This document shows positions 34,524 to 42,920 of a stretch of DNA of 64,000 nucleotides, piece after piece. The translations under genes were made by a program, and so were the position numbers. Below the pieces are notes generated by a model. That model saw only the letters and a program-made list of their open reading frames with translations. It did no database searches and had not been told where the DNA came from. This DNA comes from an uncultured Methanosarcina sp. Its GTDB lineage: Archaea; Halobacteriota; Methanosarcinia; Methanosarcinales; Methanosarcinaceae. Position 1 is the first letter of the stretch, and each line of letters opens with the position of its first letter. The stretch spans positions 2,467 through 66,466 of the forward strand of contig CBFCWE010000009.1 of assembly GCA_965601435.1 (NCBI GenBank). Reading direction: 5' to 3'.

Positions 34524-35396
34524 TTATTTTCTTTTGCGCTTTCCTTTTTCCTCGTATTCCTTTTCAAGTTCAAAAATATCCCTGACCTTCAGGAGTTCCT
34601 TCTTGCTTCTTGAATAGTGCACGAAAACCATCAAGACCCCGAAAAGAAGGGCAACGATTGCCGCAAAGAAGTACAGAGGAGAAGACTCACGGTAATACTT
34701 CACCTGAATAGTCTGCTCCCTTTCATTCATTTCCGAGGCAATCCAGAGGAAGGTCTGCCTGCCCAGCTTATCCTCTTCCGCGGCATAAGGCTCGGGCCTG
34801 GGTATCCCGAAAACACGGTTGCCCGTGGCATAACCTTTCGGGATGACCACACGGATGAACTCCGAATCAGGCCTCATGATAGCGAGATTCTGGGTTCCCG
34901 GCATTTTAAGGGTATAAGCAATAAAACCCGTTACATTTTCCTCGAAATCCAGGTTTATGACCTTCATATTGCGGCGGTTTTCCCTGGTAAGAGTATAATT
35001 AAGGTCCGAAACTTCACTCCTTTCAGAAAGTTCCTGAAAGGTATCCAGGTCTGCCTCCGTTGCATTCGAAGACTCTACAAGCAGGACGAGGTTTTCGATT
35101 GGCACTTCATCAGGACTTCCTCCAAAGGATTCGGTGGGGAAAATCTCCAGCTTGCCGGTCTCTATGACCATATTAACAACCCGGACATCCGTAGTGTTTC
35201 CAAGAGGATAGTACGTGGTGGTATTTGCAGGAATTCCGGTCCCACCTTCATCCACAAAAACTTCAAATTCATAGGAAGAAGCATTCCCCGGCTCATCAAG
35301 GACAATTTCTTCCGTTTCTTCGATACAGCCCGATACGAAGACCACCAGAAGGGCCAGGAGCACAAACAAAGCCTTAGTTCTCATTTTCACGGACAA
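34524..35396 (-). CDS. Hypothetical lipoprotein with C-terminal transmembrane helix and Lys/Glu-rich tail
   Basis: Signal peptide plus lipobox (LLVVFVSGC). C-terminal helix LYFFAAIVALLFGVLMVFV, then ...EKEYEEKGKRKRK. Confidence 0.55.
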   Translation of the reverse strand: MSVKMRTKALFVLLALLVVFVSGCIEETEEIVLDEPGNASSYEFEVFVDEGGTGIPANTTTYYPLGNTTDVRVVNMVIETGKLEIFPTESFGGSPDEVPIENLVLLVESSNATEADLDTFQELSERSEVSDLNYTLTRENRRNMKVINLDFEENVTGFIAYTLKMPGTQNLAIMRPDSEFIRVVIPKGYATGNRVFGIPRPEPYAAEEDKLGRQTFLWIASEMNEREQTIQVKYYRESSPLYFFAAIVALLFGVLMVFVHYSRSKKELLKVRDIFELEKEYEEKGKRKRK

Positions 35397-35626
35397 CTTC
35401 TCCCATTCAGTTTAGGATATGTATAATTTCAACCTGCGGCAATCTCCTGTTCCCCTGGAAAAGAGGACTTTGCAGGGCCAGGGTAAATGTCAGCTTTTAT
35501 CCTATGCGTCCCCATCTTAATAAACAAAACGGATACCCGGCCTGAATGCGGCAGCCTGAAATGAAAGACCAGACAAACTATCCGAACCCTCCGAAGCAGA
35601 AAAGATTACGGAAAACCCCGGAAAAC

Positions 35627-35884
35627 TCAGACCCCGGCATCTCCATCGGAATCCAGATATCGTTCCACCATAGGCCAGTCTATCTTTTTAATATATTTGG
35701 CCTGAAGCTTTGAGACATACAGGACGTTGCCTCCGAGAAGAATTTTCAGGTCAGAAGGCTTCGCAGAAACAGATCCAAGCGGCACCAACACAGGCCCTTC
35801 AGGAGAAGTCGAGAGCCTGAAGTCCTGTCCGCTTTTCCGGACATACGCCCTGACTTTTTCATCAATTGCAAATCCCGGTATCAT
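35627..35884 (-). CDS. Hypothetical small protein (85 aa)
   Basis: An ORF with coding-like composition only; no family recognised. Confidence 0.35.
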   Translation of the reverse strand: MIPGFAIDEKVRAYVRKSGQDFRLSTSPEGPVLVPLGSVSAKPSDLKILLGGNVLYVSKLQAKYIKKIDWPMVERYLDSDGDAGV

Positions 35885-35955
35885 TTAAAACACCAGAGCA
35901 GAGATTGTCTGAAAAATATAAATAACTAAAGGTTATGGAATTCCCGAAGAACCGG

Positions 35956-36015
35956 TTGAATTTATCCCATGCACAGGACCCGGAAGGATTGGCTGAATTA
36001 ATTCCATGCACAGGA
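35956..36015. repeat. Direct repeat TGAATT-AT-CCATGCACAGGA (x2, 37-bp period) in the divergent region before SRP19
   Basis: TTGAATTTATCCCATGCACAGGA (35956-35978) and CTGAATTAATTCCATGCACAGGA (35993-36015). A weaker third copy lies near 36029. Confidence 0.7.
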
Positions 36016-36128
36016 TTAAGAAGGCTCACTTGAATTCACACTTTCCAGGGCGGCGGGTCCGCCTGCTCTCAGGGACTTTTCGGGGCAGTTTTAAATTTCA
36101 TGAAAACAATCTAGAAAATAGATAGCAT

Positions 36129-36422
36129 ATGATGATGAAAGACAAGGGAAAACTTGTAATCTGGCCCGCATATATAGACCAGACCAGGTCCAGAAGCAAC
36201 GGAAGAATCATCTCCCGGAAAAGTTCGGTAAAAGAGCCTCAGCTCAATGAGATAAAAAAAGCAGCCCTTGAACTGGGCCTCAACCCTGAAGTTGAACCTG
36301 AAAAAGCATACCCCAAGGCCTGGTGGGAAGTGAGCGGCAGGGTGCTCGTAGACAACAAGGGCCCTAAATCCGTGATTGCAAAACAAATATCTGCAGGCAT
36401 AAAAAAGACTCGAACCAGATAA
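36129..36422 (+). CDS. srp19: Signal recognition particle protein SRP19
   Basis: KLVIWPAYIDQTRSRSNGRIISRK...ELGLNPE...AYPKAWWE..GRVLV matches archaeal SRP19. Confidence 0.9.
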   Translation: MMMKDKGKLVIWPAYIDQTRSRSNGRIISRKSSVKEPQLNEIKKAALELGLNPEVEPEKAYPKAWWEVSGRVLVDNKGPKSVIAKQISAGIKKTRTR

Positions 36423-36564
36423 AACTCAAAAGTTTAGAGGTCCCGGCCCTTCCTCCGTTCTAAACTTATTATCTTTCAAAAAACTGCCAGACCCGAAATG
36501 ACCTTACAAAGTTTCCGGAAGGAAAAACAATGTTTATATCAGTTAGGAGTGAAAAAAAACACTT

Positions 36565-36858
36565 ATGTCCGAAATCAATAAAAAAATACTGCCTGTAATA
36601 AATCCAACATCCGGTTCAAACCAGCCCTCTTCGCCCAGAAAAACATCCTCAAACCCTAACCATGAAATTCAGCTAGGGTGTGGATGTTGCGCTACGCCCT
36701 GTGAGGGTTGCGGCGGAGCCCTGGGAATAAAGATAGGGTCCGAAAAAGACGTCGTATACCGAAATGTTGCCATCTACCTCTCAATTGCAGTTGTGATAAT
36801 TCTTGGGACTTTTGTGGCGCAGAGAATTTTGACTGTGCTTTCAGCAGGGTTAACATAA
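36565..36858 (+). CDS. Hypothetical small Cys-rich membrane protein
   Basis: A GCGCCATPCEGCGG cluster followed by one hydrophobic helix (VAIYLSIAVVIILGTFVAQ). Confidence 0.35.
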   Translation: MSEINKKILPVINPTSGSNQPSSPRKTSSNPNHEIQLGCGCCATPCEGCGGALGIKIGSEKDVVYRNVAIYLSIAVVIILGTFVAQRILTVLSAGLT

Positions 36859-36882
36859 CCTTTCCCGGCGCCTTCCCTCAGG

Positions 36883-37251
36883 TCACACTTTCTCCCTGTC
36901 CTTACTGCTATTGCCTTTTTTCCGGGAAGGTTTCAACCCTTTATAGGGATAGCGCATTTCCATTCCGCAGCGCTCGCAGGAGATCACAGTATACCCGCCT
37001 TTCAGCCGGTAGCGAGCGTTTACTCCGGGAACCAGGAAAGCATAGCAGTGTTTGCAGATGCGCCGTTTTATTTCCCGCGGAACCCTCATCCGGTTTCGCA
37101 TTGAGATGTTCCGGATAAGCTGGACGTAGCGTTCGCTTCGTTCGGGATGTTCCTCGAACTCCTTTCCCGCAAGCTCAAAGAGCCGCCACATACGCTGGGT
37201 TGCAACGCTTCGGAGCATATTTTTCTGTTTTTTCCTGGGAATTCGCGACAT
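36883..37251 (-). CDS. rnp4: Ribonuclease P protein component 4 (Rpp21 homologue)
   Basis: ...RYVQLIRNISMRNRMRVPREIKRRICKHCYAFLVPGVNARYRL...ISCERCG is the Rpp21 zinc-ribbon pattern. Confidence 0.9.
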   Translation of the reverse strand: MSRIPRKKQKNMLRSVATQRMWRLFELAGKEFEEHPERSERYVQLIRNISMRNRMRVPREIKRRICKHCYAFLVPGVNARYRLKGGYTVISCERCGMEMRYPYKGLKPSRKKGNSSKDREKV

Positions 37252-37346
37252 GGTGGGATAGATTCTGCAATTTATCTTATAACCCTTCTCTTTTGCCCTG
37301 AGCCTCCCTTTAAGGTCCTGGGGCCTGTTGCAAGAAAAAGGAGAAC

Positions 37347-38009
37347 TCAGGGATCGAAAATAATTACTTCGACATCGGGATTCTTGCCTTTAACAAGGGC
37401 TTTAAACTTTTCCGGGTTTCCGGCCGTCCCTTCAAACTTCCCGTAGTGCATGGGGATTGCAACTTTCGGGGAGATGACCTCAACTGCCCTGGCAGCTTCC
37501 TCTTCATCCATGGTATAAGTTCCCCCTATAGGCAGCAAGACAACGTCAGCCTTGAGATCCTTCATCTCCGGGAAAAAGTCACAGTCCCCAGCATGATAGA
37601 TGCGCAGCCCTTCAAGTTCGACAATGTACCCTACCCCAAGTCCCCGCGGATGGTAAGGTTTGTCAGGATTGTAAGCAGGCACGACTTCGATCCTTGTCCC
37701 CTTGATCTCAAGCCCCTCAGCCAGGACGTCCCCTTCGGCAATCCTCCTGGCATCCCCTTTGAAGTTCAGAGAACAGGCTTCAGGGACAAGGGTTGTGGAA
37801 TCGGACCTCCTGACCTTCCGGATATCATCAGGGCTGCAGTGGTCGAAATGTTCATGGGTGATCAGGAGAATGTCAGCCTTTTCGTCGAACTCGGGCTCTT
37901 CCGCAAGCTCAAATGGATCGATGTAAATCCTTTTGCCTTCCCCTTCCAGCAAAAAGCTGGCATGTCCAAGCCAGCTTATCTTCACCCCTCCGATTGTTGC
38001 GCTTTTCAT
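37347..38009 (-). CDS. Metallo-beta-lactamase-fold metal-dependent hydrolase (UPF0173-like)
   Basis: ISWLGHASFLLEGEGKRIYIDPF...ADILLITHEHFDH... Confidence 0.8.
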   Translation of the reverse strand: MKSATIGGVKISWLGHASFLLEGEGKRIYIDPFELAEEPEFDEKADILLITHEHFDHCSPDDIRKVRRSDSTTLVPEACSLNFKGDARRIAEGDVLAEGLEIKGTRIEVVPAYNPDKPYHPRGLGVGYIVELEGLRIYHAGDCDFFPEMKDLKADVVLLPIGGTYTMDEEEAARAVEVISPKVAIPMHYGKFEGTAGNPEKFKALVKGKNPDVEVIIFDP

Positions 38010-38246
38010 TTAATAAAACCTCCGAGGATCCTTTGTGTAATAGAAAAGTTTGGAAAAAATCCTGCAAAACTGCCAGGACTGATAAAAGTGGAATCTAATT
38101 AAGATCGGAATCCAATATATAAATTAGGGACAGATAAACAACAGATCAGAATTATTGGCACACATTCAAATAAAAATGGACAAATAGAGAAGACACCATA
38201 TAATATTTAGAACAGTTTAGAATGAAAGAAAAATTCTGCAGCCACC

Positions 38247-38369
38247 TATGCAATAATCATATGCATCAATCATACGCAGTAATCATACGCAGTAATCATA
38301 CGCAGTAATCATACGCAGTAATCATATGCAATAATCATATGCAGTAATCATATGCAATAATCATATGCA
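38247..38369. repeat. Tandem array of nine 13-bp units (RTAATCATAYGCA)
   Basis: Units start at 38253, 38266, 38279, 38292, 38305, 38318, 38331, 38344 and 38357, plus a partial unit at 38247. The array lies 16 nt after the TrmB stop and ~240 nt upstream of the MBL-hydrolase start. Confidence 0.9.
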
Positions 38370-38384
38370 GCATCCCTGCAGCGC

Positions 38385-39158
38385 TTATTGAGGAGCATCT
38401 ATTATGAAACTACCTTCTACAAGCCAGTTATAAATCAACTTCTGCAGGTGGAAGACCACAGGCAACCTGATTACCACCGCCTCCCTATTGTTTCCGGCCG
38501 TATGGACGGCTATGGACTCCTTTCCATCCGCAATCATGAAGCAGTCTTCAGTGTACTGAACTCCGTCAATGAACATGTTCCGGACAAAGTCCCCAAAATC
38601 TTTACCTGTTTCCATGAAGTCAAAGGACATTCCTCTGAACTTTTTAAGATCATCTACAATGAGAATTAGCCGGCAGTTTTTTTCCAACTTTTTCAGGTCT
38701 GATTCAAACTCGCCCAAAAATTCCGGGTTGGTAGAGAAAACGATCAGTTCATCCCTGACATTATTAAGGAGCTCACGGACCCTTTTTCGGATACCCCATT
38801 CACTCTGGATGCACCAGACAGGAGAAGACCTGGGAATTTCGTAACTCAACTCGTTAAGCTGGTCCAGAGCCTCGATGGCACAGGTGAAAAACTCGTCCTT
38901 GATCCTGCCAATTACATGTTTCGGATCGACCGCCCTGAAATAAACCGGAGAACCCTGCCGAACTTCCACAAAACCTTTTCTCGACAGCGTTTTAAGGATA
39001 TCATAAACCTTAGCCCTGGGCACTCCTGTCAGTTCATGGACTTCCCTTGCGGTGGCTTCTTTCAAACTTACCAGCCCGGCATAGGTCTTACCCTCATTTT
39101 CGGTAAGCCCCAGCTTCTCAAGATTGCGGACAAGCCCCGGATTTATCTCAGGATACAT
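38385..39158 (-). CDS. TrmB-family transcriptional regulator
   Basis: N-terminal wHTH LEKLGLTENEGKTYAGLVSLKEATAREVHELTGVPRAKVYDILKTLSRKGFVE plus a TrmB-type C-terminal domain. Confidence 0.85.
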   Translation of the reverse strand: MYPEINPGLVRNLEKLGLTENEGKTYAGLVSLKEATAREVHELTGVPRAKVYDILKTLSRKGFVEVRQGSPVYFRAVDPKHVIGRIKDEFFTCAIEALDQLNELSYEIPRSSPVWCIQSEWGIRKRVRELLNNVRDELIVFSTNPEFLGEFESDLKKLEKNCRLILIVDDLKKFRGMSFDFMETGKDFGDFVRNMFIDGVQYTEDCFMIADGKESIAVHTAGNNREAVVIRLPVVFHLQKLIYNWLVEGSFIIDAPQ

Positions 39159-39516
39159 TTGTTACCCCTAAAGTAACAATAGATTTAAATCTTTTCTTTC
39201 AATATACCCTCAATGTAGGAGAACAGTATCAAGTAATTATATAAATGAATAGAAAATATATCAAGTACTTATATAAATGAATAGAAAATAAATTATCAAC
39301 TACAAATGTTTACAGATTTAAGTTTAAAAACATGGGTTTACATTACTGACCCCTGAGCCTCAAAAAGCGAGACCCAGATTCAAAACCTGTTTATGCTCGA
39401 GACAATCGAAATGAGGGGAATTCGCCATTAAGAACATTTTTGAAAAACTAGGATTTTTTATCCAGAATAACCGCCTTACCATACTCCTGGTCTTTTTCCT
39501 TTTCGTAATCATAGCA

Positions 39517-41778
39517 ATGCAGGGCGCACAGAAAATAGAAATGGCGGCAGGCACCGAAACCTTTGTCGGGAAAGACTCGCGAATGTATCAGGATTTCGAC
39601 CATCTTTTCCTGAACATTTTCCAGACAGAGTCCATTGTGGTTATGGTGGAGGGAAATGAGGTAAAAACGTCGGAACTTATGAAGGCTGTGGACCGACTCG
39701 AACACCAGCTCCAGTCCACAGAAGGCGTTATAGAGACCACGAGCCCTGCATCGATTATCAAAGGCATAAATTACCAGATGACCGGCAGATACGTGGTCCC
39801 GGACACAGATGAAGAAATTGAGGCCATAATCGACAGCAACCCGGACACTTTTGAGGCGCTAACCCCTGACGATACGCACATGTTCGTCTCGGTGGTAATG
39901 GCGGGTTCAACCACGGAAGCAAAACAGAAGGAGATCCTGTACGCAACCGAGGAAGCAATCACATTTTCGGATTTTCCCCCCTCATACAGTATCATAGTAA
40001 CAGGTGACCCGGCATTCCAGATCTCAATGAACGATGAAATGAATTCAAGTATGGGACCTCTTCTCGGGCTTTCCGCTTTTTTTATGCTCATTGTTCTAAA
40101 CCTTGTTTTCCGGCACGTCCGCTGGAGACTCCTGCCCTTACCTATTGTCCTGATTGGAATAATATTCACTTTTGGAGCTATGGGATACATTGGAATTCCC
40201 CTCTCCATGGTTTCCATGGCCGCTTTCCCGGTGTTGATAGGGCTTGGCATCGATTATGCTATCCAGTTCCATAACAGGATAGAAGAAGAACTGCAGGAAA
40301 ACAGCAACAAAACCCACGCAATTGTGTCCACCGTAAAAAATACAGGCCCTGCTGTCCTTGTCGCCCTCGGGATGACAGCTCTCGGTTTTGCATCCCTGTT
40401 CACCTCTTCAGTCCCCATGATAAGGGATTTTGGAAAACTTCTCATGATAGGGATAATCATGTGTTATCTTGCGGCCATATTTGTGGGCGTCATCATGGTA
40501 TCCCTCTTTGACGGAGTCTCGGGAAATAGTCTGTTTGGGAAAATGAAGAGCAAAATAAAACCTGGCCGAACAAAAACCGGGGAAACCCCGGATGGGCACG
40601 CGAAAACCCAGAAAATTGAACACTTCCTGACGAAGCTTACCGACTTTACAATAAAATACGACGTGATAGTGCTCGGGATTGCAGCACTTCTCTGTATCGG
40701 AGGCATTTATGCCGACCAGTCCGTGGGCATCCAGACTGACGTCACAACCTTTGTTCCCCAGGACATGCCCGCCCTTGTAGACCTGGAACACATGGGCGAT
40801 ATAATGGGCGGGGACGACCAGCTGAACATCATCATAAAGGTAAAAGATACTGCCGACCCCGAGATCCTGAAGTGGATCGATGAGTTCAGCGAACATGAGG
40901 TGAGCGGAAGAGGACATATATACAGTTCATCAAGCATCGTACCCCTCGTAAAAGAGCAAAACGGCGGTACAATACCGGAAAGTTCCCAGGAAATAGAGGC
41001 AATCTACGAAGAAATCCCGGACTACCAGAAAACCCGCTACATGCACGGGAAAAACATGCTTCTCCTGAACTTTAACATCGGAAACGCCGTTTCTGACATA
41101 AAAGTAACAGGGATCAAAGAGCTGACCAACATCGTAAGAGAGGATATCCAGTGGATGCAGGCCCCCCCCGGCACATCTATCACGATTACGGGAAACAACG
41201 TGGTCTTCATAGAAGTCATAACCGCGCTTACCAGCGGCAGGGTGCAGATGACTTTCCTCGGGCTTATCCTGGTCCTTGCCGGGCTTTTCATAGTCTACAG
41301 GGACTGGCTAAAAGCTCTGACTCCGGTCATTCCCATGTTTATCGTGATCGGATGGTCCGGCGGGGTTATGGACTACCTGAACCTTGACTACAACCCCATG
41401 ACCGCAACCCTCGGAGCCCTGATCCTGGGGGTCGGGTCTGAGTACGCAATTCTCATGATGGAACGCTACTTTGAAGAAAAAGAGGCAGGTGCAAGCCCAA
41501 TGGAAGCTATCCATAAAGCAAGCACAAAAATAGGGACTGCAATCGTTGCCTCCGGAGCCACAACAGTATTTGGGTTCTCAGCCCTTATCGCCTCCCCGTT
41601 TGGCATGATAAGTGACTTCGGGATCGTGACGGTCATCGATGTCCTGCTTGCCCTGATTGCTACATTTGTAGTATTCCCACCCCTGATAGTTGTCCTTGAC
41701 ACCTGGCGGGATAAAAGAAGAGGGGCACAAACAATACAAAACCAACCCAACAAAAAAGTTCAAGGGGCTGATCTCTAA
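39517..41778 (+). CDS. RND-superfamily (MMPL/HAE3-type) exporter; annotated from the first in-frame ATG, but the true N-terminus (TM1) lies upstream (see finding)
   Basis: Two blocks of ~6 hydrophobic helices separated by soluble loops (...AFPVLIGLGIDYAIQFHNR..., ...LILGVGSEYAILMMERY...). The same frame is open back to 39415 and there encodes FEKLGFFIQNNRLTILLVFFLFVIIA. Confidence 0.8.
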   Translation: MQGAQKIEMAAGTETFVGKDSRMYQDFDHLFLNIFQTESIVVMVEGNEVKTSELMKAVDRLEHQLQSTEGVIETTSPASIIKGINYQMTGRYVVPDTDEEIEAIIDSNPDTFEALTPDDTHMFVSVVMAGSTTEAKQKEILYATEEAITFSDFPPSYSIIVTGDPAFQISMNDEMNSSMGPLLGLSAFFMLIVLNLVFRHVRWRLLPLPIVLIGIIFTFGAMGYIGIPLSMVSMAAFPVLIGLGIDYAIQFHNRIEEELQENSNKTHAIVSTVKNTGPAVLVALGMTALGFASLFTSSVPMIRDFGKLLMIGIIMCYLAAIFVGVIMVSLFDGVSGNSLFGKMKSKIKPGRTKTGETPDGHAKTQKIEHFLTKLTDFTIKYDVIVLGIAALLCIGGIYADQSVGIQTDVTTFVPQDMPALVDLEHMGDIMGGDDQLNIIIKVKDTADPEILKWIDEFSEHEVSGRGHIYSSSSIVPLVKEQNGGTIPESSQEIEAIYEEIPDYQKTRYMHGKNMLLLNFNIGNAVSDIKVTGIKELTNIVREDIQWMQAPPGTSITITGNNVVFIEVITALTSGRVQMTFLGLILVLAGLFIVYRDWLKALTPVIPMFIVIGWSGGVMDYLNLDYNPMTATLGALILGVGSEYAILMMERYFEEKEAGASPMEAIHKASTKIGTAIVASGATTVFGFSALIASPFGMISDFGIVTVIDVLLALIATFVVFPPLIVVLDTWRDKRRGAQTIQNQPNKKVQGADL

Positions 41779-42920
41779 TGAAAGAGCCCAGAAATCAAGC
41801 TACACAGAAGATAATAAAAACATTCGCTATAATCGCAGTACTCTTTGCAGTTACCTCAATAACCGCATCTCCAGCCCTTGGAAACGATAATGATGATGAA
41901 GTGAACTTCATTATTCCGGAGCACGGGTACACCGTGGACTACTACCGGAGCTACGGGGAACCGATCATACAGGCATCTATTGTCGGAGACCCCGAATTCA
42001 AGAGGGGAGAGATTGCAGGCCTTCAGGTAAAAATAGTGAACAAGGGATATATAGAAGGTTTCAAAAAGCTGAATGGAGACCAGGGAGGAGCCAACTCCAC
42101 TGAGGAACTGCTGGCACTGGCAGAACTGGAAGAAGAAGAGGAATGCACAACTACAAAAGACCTCAAAGCAACCCTTGTCTCGGAAACGGAGTATATAGAA
42201 GTCGACGCCGTAACCAGCGTCCAGGATGTGGAAGAGATTGAAACCGGGCACATGCAAACCCTCCGGTTCACTATAAAAATCGATGGAGACACACCTGCAG
42301 GAAACTACGAACTCCTCCTGCCCGTAAGCTACGAGTACCAGGCAAATGTCAGGACAGTGACCCCTGAAGTAATTAACCTTGGCCTGACAAATACGGAATT
42401 CACACGGGAATATACAACAAAAAATACAGTTCTCAGCTTGCCCGTCTCTATTGAGAGCAAGCCGAAATTCGAGGTGACGGAAGTTTCCGGGAATCTTAAA
42501 CAGGGAGAATCAAATGTCGTTGAGGTAACCTACACAAACACCAGGGAAATCATAGCAGAAGATGCTATGGCCCGTATCATAGTCATGAGCCCCCTGAGTA
42601 CGGGGAAGTCCATAGTCAGGCTCGGGGACATCGGGCCTGGAGAAAGCAAGACCGCCCTGTTTGAAATTTCAGCAGACAAAGATGCAGTTGTGAAAAAATA
42701 CGGGATTGACAGTGAAATAAAGTACATTGACGAAGAAGGAGAAACCTCCTTTTCAGAAAACCTGAAAGTAAATGTGCCCCTTGAAGCATCCGAGAAAAAA
42801 ATCAGCATAACGGGCATAGCAATCGTACTGATAATCCTTATCGCTCTATACCAGATCATAAACATGCACCGGAAAAGGAATCAAAATAATGAGAATTCAT
42901 CAGGTGATGACAATGAATAA
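41778..42920 (+). CDS. COG1361-type S-layer-domain-like surface protein with C-terminal anchor (copy 1)
   Basis: Signal peptide, repeated beta-rich modules (...PAGNYELLLPVSYEYQ..., ...VTEVSGNLKQGESNVVEVTYTN...LGDIGPGESKTALFEI...) and a C-terminal TM helix. 1-nt TAATG junction with the exporter gene. Confidence 0.6.
   Translation: MKEPRNQATQKIIKTFAIIAVLFAVTSITASPALGNDNDDEVNFIIPEHGYTVDYYRSYGEPIIQASIVGDPEFKRGEIAGLQVKIVNKGYIEGFKKLNGDQGGANSTEELLALAELEEEEECTTTKDLKATLVSETEYIEVDAVTSVQDVEEIETGHMQTLRFTIKIDGDTPAGNYELLLPVSYEYQANVRTVTPEVINLGLTNTEFTREYTTKNTVLSLPVSIESKPKFEVTEVSGNLKQGESNVVEVTYTNTREIIAEDAMARIIVMSPLSTGKSIVRLGDIGPGESKTALFEISADKDAVVKKYGIDSEIKYIDEEGETSFSENLKVNVPLEASEKKISITGIAIVLIILIALYQIINMHRKRNQNNENSSGDDNE

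Noticed and set aside
38247-38369. Considered whether the 13-bp array could be a CRISPR array.
   Set aside because: The units are directly abutting with no spacers and are far shorter than CRISPR repeats. No cas genes are present in the window.
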